Positions 9,671-19,468 are shown, numbered from the stretch's first letter. The stretch: 64,000 bases of DNA from an uncultured Bacteroidales bacterium (GCA_902774185.1 CACYHE010000003.1:11997-75996), one strand, 5' to 3'. Notes: generated by a model not told the origin, from the letters alone. Translations and numbers: made by a program.

Positions 9671-11110
9671 ATGAAACTAAGCATTAAAGAAAAATTAGGC
9701 TACAGCCTGGGTGATACCGCGTCCCATTTTGTGTGGGACCTGGTCAATTTTTGGTTGATTTTCTATTACACGGATGTGTTGGGTATCTCTGCCGGTTGGG
9801 CAGCGACCATCGCTATCTTAGGTACGATCATGGATGCCGTCATGGATCCGATCGTAGGTATCTGGGCTGACCGTACCAACAGTCGTTGGGGTAAGTTCCG
9901 TCCGTTCTTACTGTTCGGATGCGTGCCGTTTGCGTTATTCGCTTTCTTGGCGTTCTTCGGTCCGGATCTGCAGGGCAATGCGCTGATTACGTATATCCTG
10001 CCGATGTTCATCGGTCTGCGTATCGTGTATGCGATCGTCAACATTCCGTATTCCTCTTTGGGAGCGGTCATGACGGATGACTCTATCGAGCGTGCCGGAT
10101 TGAATTCCTATCGTTTTGTGGCAGCGAACATCGGTCAACTCATCGTGTCGGGTTTTGCCCTCTATATCGTGTATTATCTCGGTTCGCACGCGACGGGAAT
10201 GGACTATTCCGTCATGATGGATGATGAGGCGCGTAAGCGGTTCATGGAAGAGGCAGTGGAGCATGCAGCCTTGGTACGCTCGTCCTATATCATCGGTTTC
10301 CGCTATCTGGTGGGTATCTTCGGATGCATCGGCGTTGTGCTTTTCTTGATTGCTTTCGCTACTACCAAGGAACGCGTGGCACCGCCTAAACGGCAAGAGA
10401 CCGACCTCAAACATGACTTCAAGTATCTGTTCAAGAATCGTCCCTGGGTCGTGCTGATGGTGGTTGGTATCGTGTCCTTCATTATGTTTGCTATCCAGAA
10501 TATTTCGGCTACGTATTACTTCAAGTACTTCTTGGATGCGGAGTCGAAGAGTCAGATATTTAATATCCTCGGTACCGTTGCTTTGATCATCGCTATCCCG
10601 ATGACCAAACCGCTTGTCAAGAAGTTCGGTGCTAAGCAGCTCTATATCGTTTGCTCGATCCTGTCGGGTTTGTTCTTCTGCCTGCTCTTCTTCGCCGGTA
10701 AGAACTTCGTACTGATCAATGTATTCAACTGCTTGGGTAAGATCTCTTACGCACCGGCGATATCGCTCTTATGGACGATGTTGGCGGACGCTGCGGATTA
10801 TGGAGAGTGGAAATTCAACCGCCGTACGACCGGTCTCTGTCTCTCCGCTGCCGTGTTTGCGCAGAAGATAGGATGGTCTATCGGAGCAGCGTTGTTCGGT
10901 GTAATCATGAGTAAGATTCATTTTGACGGTGGAGTGGACATCGCTGTCACACAAGCGAACCCGGAGATCATGAATACCATTCATTGGATGTTCGGTATCG
11001 TACCGGGTGTGCTCTATGCTTCGTGTGCCATCTTCCTGGTGTTCTATAACTTGGATAATAAGACCATGGCTCAGATGAAAGTTGAACTTGAAACCCGCAG
11101 ACAATCATGA
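9671..11110 (+). CDS. MFS transporter, glycoside-pentoside-hexuronide (GPH):cation symporter family
   Basis: Multi-TM hydrophobic profile and the GPH signature ADRTNSRWGKFRPF after TM2. Confidence 0.85.
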   Translation: MKLSIKEKLGYSLGDTASHFVWDLVNFWLIFYYTDVLGISAGWAATIAILGTIMDAVMDPIVGIWADRTNSRWGKFRPFLLFGCVPFALFAFLAFFGPDLQGNALITYILPMFIGLRIVYAIVNIPYSSLGAVMTDDSIERAGLNSYRFVAANIGQLIVSGFALYIVYYLGSHATGMDYSVMMDDEARKRFMEEAVEHAALVRSSYIIGFRYLVGIFGCIGVVLFLIAFATTKERVAPPKRQETDLKHDFKYLFKNRPWVVLMVVGIVSFIMFAIQNISATYYFKYFLDAESKSQIFNILGTVALIIAIPMTKPLVKKFGAKQLYIVCSILSGLFFCLLFFAGKNFVLINVFNCLGKISYAPAISLLWTMLADAADYGEWKFNRRTTGLCLSAAVFAQKIGWSIGAALFGVIMSKIHFDGGVDIAVTQANPEIMNTIHWMFGIVPGVLYASCAIFLVFYNLDNKTMAQMKVELETRRQS

Positions 11111-14100
11111 AAAAAGTAAGAGGTCAGTTTATTTGGATCAACGGTGAGCATTTCTATGAGATCGCTAACTACGATCAGATGAAGCCGTTCTTTATCTCCT
11201 TGGCATCGGATACAGACCTATGGATGTATTTGTCATCAACGGGTGGTCTCACCTGCGGACGTCGTAGTCCGGGCGAAGCGCTGTTCCCCTATTATACGGA
11301 TGATAAGATCACCGAGTCCTATGAGTTCACGGGACCGCGTACGGTTTTAGAAATCGTCAATCGTCAATCGTCCAATCGTCCATTAGTATGGCGGCCCTTC
11401 TCCAATATGCAACAACCGGTCTATCGTATCTCCCGTAAGATCGCCAAATCGACGGTGGGTAACCAGATCGTGTTCTGCGAAGAGAACCATTCGCTAGGAC
11501 TGCGTTTTTCCTATCTCTGGGCACCGGCGGGCAAGCACGGTTGGGTGCGTAGAGCTACGCTGGAGAACCTGACCCAAGAACCGGTTCGTGTTCGTCTGAC
11601 TGACATGCTGCAGAACGTGCTGCCGGCAGGTGTGGAGCGGAAGACCCAGAATGAGTTCTCGACCCTGGTGGACGGATATAAGAAAACCGAACTCGTACCC
11701 GGTACGTCCCTTGCCCTCTTCCGAATGGAAGCGATCTTGGTTGATCGTGCCGAACCTTCGGAATCCCTGACCTGCAATACCGTTTACGCCCTTGGTCTGC
11801 CTCGTGCGAACTATGCGCAGACGGAGTCCAAAGGGGTGCGTGGAGCGTATGTGGCCCGTTCATCGTTCAACCTTCAACCTTCATCGTCTCAGACTTGGTA
11901 CAACGTCTTGGATGTAAGCAAAGATGCGGTGGCGGTTCATGAACTGATGCGTTTCATTGCTACTCCGAAACGTGCGATCAAAGCCATCGAAGCTGCGATG
12001 CGTCAATCAACAGATGCCTTGATCCGTATCGTACATAAGAACGACGGTATCCAGATCACCGGAGATGAAGCAAATGATGCCCGTCATTTTGCAAACGTGC
12101 TGTTTAACACCATGCGTGGCGGCTATTATCTCAACTATCCTCCGAAATCGGATACCGAAGACCTGCCGTTGACCTTTGGTCGTCGGCACGGTGATCCGTC
12201 CCGGCCTTGGAACTTATTCAGTATCCATGTGCAGGATGAGAACGGTAACCCGGTAGTGGGATACCAGGGCAACTGGCGGGATATCTTCCAGAACTGGGAA
12301 GCCCTCTCGTACTCCTATCCGCTCTATACGAATCATATCATTGCCAAGTTCCTCAATGCCACGACGGCAGACGGTTACAACCCCTACCGTATCTCCAATG
12401 AGGGATTGGACTATGAGGTGATCGAACCCGAGAACCCATGGTCGAATATCGGTTACTGGGGTGACCATCAGATCATCTATCTGCTCAAACTGCTGGAGAT
12501 CAGTTATAAGCACGATCCGGAGAAACTGCGTCGTTTGTTACAGGCACGTCAGTACTCGTTTGCCAATGTGCCGTACCGCTTGAAGAGTTATGCCGAGATC
12601 GTAGCGGATCCGAAGAACAGTATCCGTTTTGATGACGAAGAACATAAGCGTATTCAAGCGCTCATTCCTGAGTTAGGCGCCGATGCCAAACTGTTATTGG
12701 ACGAGCAGCGTCAGGTACGTCGTACCACGATGGCGGACAAACTGCTTATCACACTGCTGACCAAACTGTCGAACTTCATTCCCAATGCCGGTATTTGGAT
12801 GAATACCTTGCGTCCCGAATGGAACGATGCGAATAATGCGCTGGTCGGTTTCGGCGCATCCATGGTCACGCTCTGCTACATGCGTCGGTATGTGACCTTC
12901 CTGCAGACCTTGTTGACCGAAGATATCACCATCGGTGTCGAGACAGAAGCGTTCCTGAAAGGAATCCACGAAGCGCTCAAACAATTGTCCAATCGTCAAT
13001 CGTCCAATCGTCAATTTACTGACGCTGTCGGTCTTGTCGGTGAAGCCTATCGTACGCGTGTATATAAAGGTATCAGCGGCGAACAAACGACAGTTGCTCT
13101 GGCTGAGGTACAGGCGTTCCTGACAGCAGCATTGGAGGCTATAGACGCTTCTATCCGTGCCAATAAACGCGAAGACGGATTGTATGAGGCGTATAATCTG
13201 ATTAAGTTCGACAATCAACAATCGACCATTGAGATCTCCCATCTCTATCAGATGTTGGAGGGACAAGTGGCGGTACTCACTTCCGGTTTGTTGACTCCCG
13301 AAGAGTCGGCAGACTTGCTGGATGCTATGCGGACTTCGGATCTCTATCGTGAAGACCAACGGTCGTATATGCTGTACCCCAATAGAAGGCGTAAGACCTT
13401 CCTCGAACTCAATAACCTGCCGGATGAAGCGAAAACGCTGCCGGTGGTTCAGAAATACTTGGGTACGATCCTCAAACAAGACTGCGACGGAGGTATCCAT
13501 TTCGACGCCAAGTACCGCAATGCGAATGAGTTGCCGGAGGAGTTGAAAGACCTGTACGAATCGATATTCAACCACCATGCTTTCACCGGTCGTAGCGGCA
13601 CGTTCTATAAGTATGAGGGACTCGGCTGTATCTACTGGCATATGGTGAGCAAGTTATTGCTTGCTGTAGGAGAAGTAATTCAGTCTGTCAGACCGCAGGA
13701 CGGTCTGTGCTCTGTCAGCGAAGCGGTCTGTCAGCGTTTGCGCGATCATTATCTCGCCATCCGTGAAGGAATCGGTTCGCATAAGAACCCTGCCGAATAC
13801 GGCGCGTTCCCCTTCGATCCCTATTCGCATACGCCGTCCATGGCAGGTGCACAACAACCCGGTATGACCGGTCAGGTGAAGGAAGATATCATCTCCCGTT
13901 GGTTCGAGTTAGGCGTGTTTGTGCGAGACGGACAAATCCATTTCGCACCGCAGGTGATCATCACCGATGATTTCGTGGGAGGTGCCCTGCAGTTTGACTA
14001 CTGCGGTACACATGTCATCTATCGTTTGCAGATAGAAGGTGAACCGCAAAGCATGTACCTCAATAATGCCGAGGTATCGTTAACCAAAGAACAAAGTGCG

Positions 14101-14160
14101 CATGTGTTTGCGCGTGACGGACAGATTAACCAATTAGAAATAAAGATATGCGTCAAGTGA
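11107..14160 (+). CDS. Large cytoplasmic protein; candidate glycoside phosphorylase/hydrolase-like enzyme acting on imported beta-glucan oligosaccharides (family unverified)
   Basis: 1017 aa with no signal peptide and an ATGA overlap with the MFS gene. Motifs NWRDIFQNWE and GYWGDHQIIY are reminiscent of (alpha/alpha)6 phosphorylase cores. It contains two in-frame AATCGTC tracts. Confidence 0.45.
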   Translation: MKKVRGQFIWINGEHFYEIANYDQMKPFFISLASDTDLWMYLSSTGGLTCGRRSPGEALFPYYTDDKITESYEFTGPRTVLEIVNRQSSNRPLVWRPFSNMQQPVYRISRKIAKSTVGNQIVFCEENHSLGLRFSYLWAPAGKHGWVRRATLENLTQEPVRVRLTDMLQNVLPAGVERKTQNEFSTLVDGYKKTELVPGTSLALFRMEAILVDRAEPSESLTCNTVYALGLPRANYAQTESKGVRGAYVARSSFNLQPSSSQTWYNVLDVSKDAVAVHELMRFIATPKRAIKAIEAAMRQSTDALIRIVHKNDGIQITGDEANDARHFANVLFNTMRGGYYLNYPPKSDTEDLPLTFGRRHGDPSRPWNLFSIHVQDENGNPVVGYQGNWRDIFQNWEALSYSYPLYTNHIIAKFLNATTADGYNPYRISNEGLDYEVIEPENPWSNIGYWGDHQIIYLLKLLEISYKHDPEKLRRLLQARQYSFANVPYRLKSYAEIVADPKNSIRFDDEEHKRIQALIPELGADAKLLLDEQRQVRRTTMADKLLITLLTKLSNFIPNAGIWMNTLRPEWNDANNALVGFGASMVTLCYMRRYVTFLQTLLTEDITIGVETEAFLKGIHEALKQLSNRQSSNRQFTDAVGLVGEAYRTRVYKGISGEQTTVALAEVQAFLTAALEAIDASIRANKREDGLYEAYNLIKFDNQQSTIEISHLYQMLEGQVAVLTSGLLTPEESADLLDAMRTSDLYREDQRSYMLYPNRRRKTFLELNNLPDEAKTLPVVQKYLGTILKQDCDGGIHFDAKYRNANELPEELKDLYESIFNHHAFTGRSGTFYKYEGLGCIYWHMVSKLLLAVGEVIQSVRPQDGLCSVSEAVCQRLRDHYLAIREGIGSHKNPAEYGAFPFDPYSHTPSMAGAQQPGMTGQVKEDIISRWFELGVFVRDGQIHFAPQVIITDDFVGGALQFDYCGTHVIYRLQIEGEPQSMYLNNAEVSLTKEQSAHVFARDGQINQLEIKICVK
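11352..11381 (+). repeat. AATCGTC(C) tract x4, in frame
   Basis: Encodes IVNRQSSNRP in the 1017-aa protein. Confidence 0.9.
12983..13015 (+). repeat. AATCGTC(C) tract x4, in frame
   Basis: Encodes LSNRQSSNRQF in the same 1017-aa protein. Confidence 0.9.
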
Positions 14161-15761
14161 TCTTATTTGCGCTATGTGCGCTTACCGCTTGCACCGCCAA
14201 GGTGCCTTCTACTCATGTGTGGCTTACATCCGAAGCCGGAGACAAATGTGCCGAGAAAGAGGCGGTGGTCTTCACCAAAGCCAATGCCGATGCCAATGCC
14301 TTTGTCATTGACCTCAATGACCGTCGGCAGACCATAGACGGTTTCGGTAACTCGATCACCGAGTCCTCCGTCTTCGTTCTGGCATGCCTCACACCGGAGC
14401 AGCGCCATGCCGTGCTGGAAGAGATGTACGGGGAGCAGGGGGCCAACTTCAGTGCCAGCCGTACTGTGGTGGGTGCTTCCGATTTTGCCCTCAAAGGACA
14501 TTATTCGTTTGACGACGTGGACGGCGATGAAGATCTGACGTATTTCTCCATGGCGGTTCATCAAGACGGGTTCTCCAAAGCAGAGTATCCGCAGGTTCAG
14601 GATGAGTCCTTCGATATGTGGCAATGTATCCATGAGATAGCTTCTATCAAAGCGGCGCAGACCGATTCGGAATGGAAACTGCTGGCTTCTCCTTGGACGG
14701 CTCCCGCTTGGATGAAAGATAACAAACAGTTCTTTGACAAACAGCACCGTTACGGTGGGGCATTGTTACCGAAATACTACGACGCGTATGCTCGATACTA
14801 CGTCAAATATCTGGATGCATATCGTCAATCGGGCATCCGTTTCTGGGCAATCACGCCGGAGAATGAACCGATGGGTAACGATGGTTCCTGGGAGTCGATG
14901 CACCTCTCACCGGCAGTGGAAGCTACGCTGATTGGTCAGTATCTGGGTCCGGAGATGGAGAAGAACGGGTTCGGCGATGTGAAGATACTCGGTTTTGACC
15001 AGAACACCTTCGAGGCTGCTCCTTATACCGAAGCTATCTTCGGTGACTCCTTGGCAAATGCCTATACCGACGGAACAGCGCTGCACTGGTATGGTTCTAC
15101 CATCAGTTGTTTCCCGGAAGTGCTGGATTCACTTCATGCGGCACACCCGGGTAAACGTCTTATCCATACCGAAGGATGTGTGGATAACTTGGGTCGGGAC
15201 GGTTGGCCCGGAGTATCGGACTACGAAGGATACAAAGAGTGCTGTTGGTTCAATAACGATGCGTTCTGGTGGACTCCGTCCGCTACTGATTGGGCCTATT
15301 CGACCCCTTGGTGGCCGGAGTGGCATCCTAAATATGCCGTTACCCATCGTTATGCAAGTTATATCATTGACGGTATCAACCATTGGTTAACCGGATATAT
15401 CGACTGGAACGCCGTACTCGATTCGATAGGCGGACCGACGCACGTGCAGAATTACTGCGGTGCGATGCTGATGGTCGATTATCAAAATGATATCCTCTAT
15501 TTCACACCCTATTTCTATGTGCTCAAGCAGTTCAGCCGCTCCATGCGTCCGGGTGATACGGTGTTGGGCGTAGAAGACAGAGCACAGAACACAGAACACA
15601 GACCTATTTACCTTTGCGCGACAGTCAACGACCAAGGTGAATATGCCATCAATATCCTCAATACGGGTGAGGCAACATCCTTCCCGGTGCAGATAGGTGC
15701 GTATAGCGCAACCATCGACATGCCTGCCAATTCCGTTGAAACGATCATCGTGAAGTTATGA
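14148..15761 (+). CDS. GH30 glycoside hydrolase (beta-1,6-glucanase/glucosylceramidase-like) lipoprotein
   Basis: Lipobox LTAC, IDGFGNSITESS, WAITPENEP (acid/base Glu) and LIHTEGC (nucleophile Glu). Confidence 0.85.
   Translation: MRQVILFALCALTACTAKVPSTHVWLTSEAGDKCAEKEAVVFTKANADANAFVIDLNDRRQTIDGFGNSITESSVFVLACLTPEQRHAVLEEMYGEQGANFSASRTVVGASDFALKGHYSFDDVDGDEDLTYFSMAVHQDGFSKAEYPQVQDESFDMWQCIHEIASIKAAQTDSEWKLLASPWTAPAWMKDNKQFFDKQHRYGGALLPKYYDAYARYYVKYLDAYRQSGIRFWAITPENEPMGNDGSWESMHLSPAVEATLIGQYLGPEMEKNGFGDVKILGFDQNTFEAAPYTEAIFGDSLANAYTDGTALHWYGSTISCFPEVLDSLHAAHPGKRLIHTEGCVDNLGRDGWPGVSDYEGYKECCWFNNDAFWWTPSATDWAYSTPWWPEWHPKYAVTHRYASYIIDGINHWLTGYIDWNAVLDSIGGPTHVQNYCGAMLMVDYQNDILYFTPYFYVLKQFSRSMRPGDTVLGVEDRAQNTEHRPIYLCATVNDQGEYAINILNTGEATSFPVQIGAYSATIDMPANSVETIIVKL
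15577..15604 (+). repeat. ACAGAAC-type heptamer tract x4 (reverse complement of the TCTGT family), in frame in GH30
   Basis: Encodes RAQNTEHR. Confidence 0.9.
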
Positions 15762-18700
15762 GGCGAGATATAGCTATATTAGTCTGTATTCTGTGTTCTG
15801 TATTCTGTACTCTTCAGGCGCAGACCGCTGTGCGCGTAGGCTCCGGTTCGTACGCATCCTATGTGCCGCTGACCAAAAGTCGTACTTCAGAGCACGGCGG
15901 ATGTCAAGCCTATCAGATGGAGCATCGCATGCTCTATCTGCCGGATTCGCTTTTGGCACGTTTGGGTGCGCCTGACGGTTCCCGTCAAGGCACACTGGCG
16001 CTGCCTTCCAATGACTGGTGGACCTATGCCCTTGTGAACGAGTGGACCGGTAAGATCTGGACCTACCCGGGATGGGTGGAAGCGACCGCAAGCGGTATTG
16101 AGATAGGCTATCCGGATCATTGGGAGCCGACGGGTTGTGAAGTCAAATGGGATACTCCGTTGCATATCGACCTCAAAGCGGCGCATAGCAATACGCCGAT
16201 GGCGAAGATGGAGTGTCTGGTGGATGCATGGTCGGATTTTAGCATGTCGTTCATCGTGCGTGCCGGTCAAGACTGGGTGCGCGTCACCTGTATGCACGGT
16301 TCGCCTATCGTGTGGTTCGAGACCAACGGTATGCAACTGACCGTCACGAATCCCGATGCAACCAAGTATGCGCTGTTCGAGCAAGCGAATCAACTGAGCG
16401 TGGCGTTACTGACAAACGGATTGGATGCTGCGGCTTGTGCACCCTATGCGTTCCGCATCCCGCGTAAGACGACGATGAGTTATCACTATGATGCGAATGC
16501 TTCGACTTTGTCCACTACTTTTACAGTTTATACAGAGTCAATCACCAATCACCAATCACCAATCACCAATGAGCACGCAGTGCTCCTGGGCTTTTTGCCC
16601 CATCATTATTATACCAATTACCAATTACAAATTACCAATTACCAATACCTGACGCCACGTGGCACAATGAAAGTGGCGTCAGGTAACGATTTTACTTTCA
16701 CTTATCCGGTTCATTCGTTCCTGCCGTATTTCCCGGCTCCGTTGGAGTGGAAAGAAGATTTCTCGGCGACCCGCATGGCAGAACTCAATGCCGACTATGC
16801 CAAACGTGGTTCGTTCGGTGGTGATACCTATTGGGGTGGTAAAGGACTCACGCAGATGGCGCATTACATGACCTTTGCCTTGCAGATGGGTGACACGGCT
16901 ACTTTCCGTATGGCAAAGCAACGCCTCAAAGAGGTGCTTGTCAACTGGTACACCTATACACCCGGGGAGAACCTCTATTATTTTGCGCGATATCCTCGAT
17001 GGGGTGCGATGGTAGGTATGGATCCGTCTTACGACTCCGATACCTTCAACGATCATCATTTTCATTACGGTTATTTCATCTACTCTTCTGCGTTGCTCTG
17101 TCTGCTGGACGATGAGTTCCGTGAACAATACGGAGCGATGGCAAGGGAAGTGGCACGGGATTATGCCAACTGGCAGCGTTCGGCGGATGAACCTTGGTTC
17201 CGGACACTTGACCCTTATTGCGGACACTCGTTCGCAGGCGGTTTGGGGAATGGCGGTAACGGAAACGGACAAGAGTCTTCATCCGAAGCCATTCAGGCGT
17301 GGGGCGGTATATGGATGTTAGGCGCTGCGCTGCAAGACCAAGACATGTTGGAAGCCGGTATCATGGGGTACACCCTTGAGACACGCGCCACAGCAGAATA
17401 CTGGTTCGATAAAAACAGACGAAACATCGACTATACCAAATACCAACACCCTTATTGCTGCAACCTCACGATGCAGGGAGTAGGGTGGTGGACGTGGTTC
17501 TCCGGTGACCCGGTCTGGATGCATTCGATCCAGTGGTTACCGATCTCTCCTATCTTGACCAATAGTTTCAGCGAAGACCTTCCTTTTGCCCGTTGGGACT
17601 ATACGCAGATGTATGCCAAAAAAGAAGTGGGCGATTATGAAGCACCGCAAGGCGGTTTGGGCGATGAGTCCGGTTTGGGCAATGTCTGCCTGTCCTACCT
17701 CTCGCTCTTCGATGCCGACTCGGCGGCACGCGTATGGGACCGCATGGATAAGATGGGAAAAGCACTGGCTAAGAACCCCGACACAGGCGGTATCACCTAT
17801 TGGTTGGCGCATAGCCATAAAGCACTGGGTGAGAAACGCTATGATATCTATGCCAACCATCCTCTCGCATGCGCCTACACGGATACCGTCAGCGGACGTA
17901 TGACCTATGCGGTGTATAATGTGGGACAAGCAAAACTGAATGTGCATTTCTTCGGAGCCAAAGATACGACGGTGACAGTGCCGCATGGACTGACGCTGAT
18001 CTCCGGCAACAAGACACAGACAACCACCACCATCGAAGATGAACAGGTGGAGATCGAACCCGATCCGATGGCTTGGGATCTGCCGTATCCGAACCTGGCA
18101 CTGCATAAACCCGTTACGGCTTCATCCGAAGAGAACGCCGGTTGTCTGGCGAAGTTCTTGACGGATGGTAAGACCAATACCCGTTGGGGTTCGGCGCATA
18201 GAGACGGCGAGTATGTCATGGTAGATCTGGAACAATTATGTTACATCGATCATCTTATCTTGCGTTGGGAAACTGCCTATGCTTCCGAATATGAACTGGC
18301 GTTGAGCGATGATAACGTCACCTGGCGCACGATAACACTCAGTTCTGCAGGTGGGGTGGAGCGAATCAATCTTCAATCTTCAATCTCCAATCTTCAATCT
18401 TGCAGAGCAAGGTACATTCGCATCACGGGTCTTCAACGTGCTACGCAATACGGTACTTCTTTGTATGAACTCGAAGCCTACGGTCGTCCTCTTACCGGTG
18501 ACCCGACGAAAGTGTTTGTGATCGCTCTTTCGGCAACCGACACGGTGCTCTGTCAAGGACAATCAACCACCCTCACTACCACTGCCTACAGTTATAGCGG
18601 AGCGGTGTTGTCTGCTACGGATGAGAAGAAGACTTATCCCGATTACGGGCTGTTCACCGAGACACGCGAACGGGAAGGTTGCACCGCCTCGCTTACTATT

Positions 18701-19468
18701 GTTGTGATGGAATCGGAGCATATCGATTCGGTCATCGTCTCTCCCGATGAAGTAACGTTACCCGTGGGCGACACGCAGGACTTCGCTATCTGTCCGATTA
18801 ACCAGTTCGGCATTGCTACGGACACCTGTCATCATCTGTTCCGGGCTACGCAGGTGGGAGATACGACCCTCACGTTCAATTGTTATAACCAATCGCCAAC
18901 TGCCCTTGTCCATGTGTTACCTTACTCGGATGTCAATCTGGCGCTTCATAAACCTGTCACCTGTTCCGGTTTTGAGAATGCAGGAACGGTGCCAGCCAAT
19001 GCCACGGACGGAGACCTTACCACTCGTTGGGGAAGTCTGCATAAAGATAACGAATGGGTAGAGGTGGACCTGCAGCATTGCTATATTCTGGACTCCATCC
19101 GCTTGTATTGGGAGACAGCTTATGCGACCGCCTATGAGATCCAACTGAGCGGCGATGCAGAGCACTACGAGCTGGCATATAGTACCACTACTTGCCAAGG
19201 AAAGAATGAGACGATTCGCCTGAATGCCCTCCCTGCTCGCTATGTCAAGATCCTATGCTTGCAGCGAAGCGGCGGCTACGGTTCTTCGCTATGGGAGATA
19301 GAGGTATATGGTTCCGGACGTTGCGATGAACCCGAAACGTCCGTAGAAGAAATCGTAAATCGTAAATCGTCAATTCGTAAATTTATTTATGATGGACAGA
19401 TCTATATTTCGCGTAACGGTGCTATCTATACTATTGATGGCCGTTTGCTCATGTTCGAAAAACAATAA
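15758..19468 (+). CDS. GH81 endo-beta-1,3-glucanase with two F5/8-type-C (CBM32-like) modules, Big_2-like spacer and C-terminal sorting-like motif
   Basis: FNDHHFHYGYFIYS and QESSSEAIQAW (GH81-type motifs). Two modules start ALHKPVT...TRWGS. The C-terminus is KFIYDGQIYISRNGAIYTIDGRLL. ATGA overlap with the GH30 gene. Confidence 0.8.
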   Translation: MRRDIAILVCILCSVFCTLQAQTAVRVGSGSYASYVPLTKSRTSEHGGCQAYQMEHRMLYLPDSLLARLGAPDGSRQGTLALPSNDWWTYALVNEWTGKIWTYPGWVEATASGIEIGYPDHWEPTGCEVKWDTPLHIDLKAAHSNTPMAKMECLVDAWSDFSMSFIVRAGQDWVRVTCMHGSPIVWFETNGMQLTVTNPDATKYALFEQANQLSVALLTNGLDAAACAPYAFRIPRKTTMSYHYDANASTLSTTFTVYTESITNHQSPITNEHAVLLGFLPHHYYTNYQLQITNYQYLTPRGTMKVASGNDFTFTYPVHSFLPYFPAPLEWKEDFSATRMAELNADYAKRGSFGGDTYWGGKGLTQMAHYMTFALQMGDTATFRMAKQRLKEVLVNWYTYTPGENLYYFARYPRWGAMVGMDPSYDSDTFNDHHFHYGYFIYSSALLCLLDDEFREQYGAMAREVARDYANWQRSADEPWFRTLDPYCGHSFAGGLGNGGNGNGQESSSEAIQAWGGIWMLGAALQDQDMLEAGIMGYTLETRATAEYWFDKNRRNIDYTKYQHPYCCNLTMQGVGWWTWFSGDPVWMHSIQWLPISPILTNSFSEDLPFARWDYTQMYAKKEVGDYEAPQGGLGDESGLGNVCLSYLSLFDADSAARVWDRMDKMGKALAKNPDTGGITYWLAHSHKALGEKRYDIYANHPLACAYTDTVSGRMTYAVYNVGQAKLNVHFFGAKDTTVTVPHGLTLISGNKTQTTTTIEDEQVEIEPDPMAWDLPYPNLALHKPVTASSEENAGCLAKFLTDGKTNTRWGSAHRDGEYVMVDLEQLCYIDHLILRWETAYASEYELALSDDNVTWRTITLSSAGGVERINLQSSISNLQSCRARYIRITGLQRATQYGTSLYELEAYGRPLTGDPTKVFVIALSATDTVLCQGQSTTLTTTAYSYSGAVLSATDEKKTYPDYGLFTETREREGCTASLTIVVMESEHIDSVIVSPDEVTLPVGDTQDFAICPINQFGIATDTCHHLFRATQVGDTTLTFNCYNQSPTALVHVLPYSDVNLALHKPVTCSGFENAGTVPANATDGDLTTRWGSLHKDNEWVEVDLQHCYILDSIRLYWETAYATAYEIQLSGDAEHYELAYSTTTCQGKNETIRLNALPARYVKILCLQRSGGYGSSLWEIEVYGSGRCDEPETSVEEIVNRKSSIRKFIYDGQIYISRNGAIYTIDGRLLMFEKQ
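15783..15813 (+). repeat. TCTGTAT/TCTGTGT heptamer tract x4 forming the GH81 signal-peptide core
   Basis: Encodes VCILCSVFCTL. Confidence 0.9.
16539..16570 (+). repeat. CAATCAC heptamer tract x4, in frame in GH81
   Basis: Encodes SITNHQSPITNE. Confidence 0.9.
16613..16647 (+). repeat. ACCAATT heptamer tract x5, in frame in GH81
   Basis: Encodes TNYQLQITNYQY. Confidence 0.9.
18364..18401 (+). repeat. CAATCTT heptamer tract x5, in frame in GH81 (first CBM32-like module)
   Basis: Encodes INLQSSISNLQS. Confidence 0.9.
19351..19381 (+). repeat. AATCGTA/AATCGTC heptamer tract x4, just before the GH81 C-terminal motif
   Basis: Encodes IVNRKSSIRK. Confidence 0.9.

Noticed and set aside
12694-13641. 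Long antisense ORFs inside clearly coding genes (also 6144-6974, 14172-14747, 16679-17272, 17537-18106, 10769-11104, 37662-38198, 38244-38777, 61961-62674)
   Set aside because: These are shadow ORFs opposite genes with strong family motifs. Their translated sequences are low-complexity or R/H/C-rich with no recognisable domains or promoters.
16651-16680. 8-bp perfect GC-rich inverted repeat (gacgccac ... gtggcgtc) inside GH81, right after a heptamer tract
   Set aside because: It is a single short inverted repeat inside a CDS with a 14-nt loop. It may be chance, and no second copy was seen.
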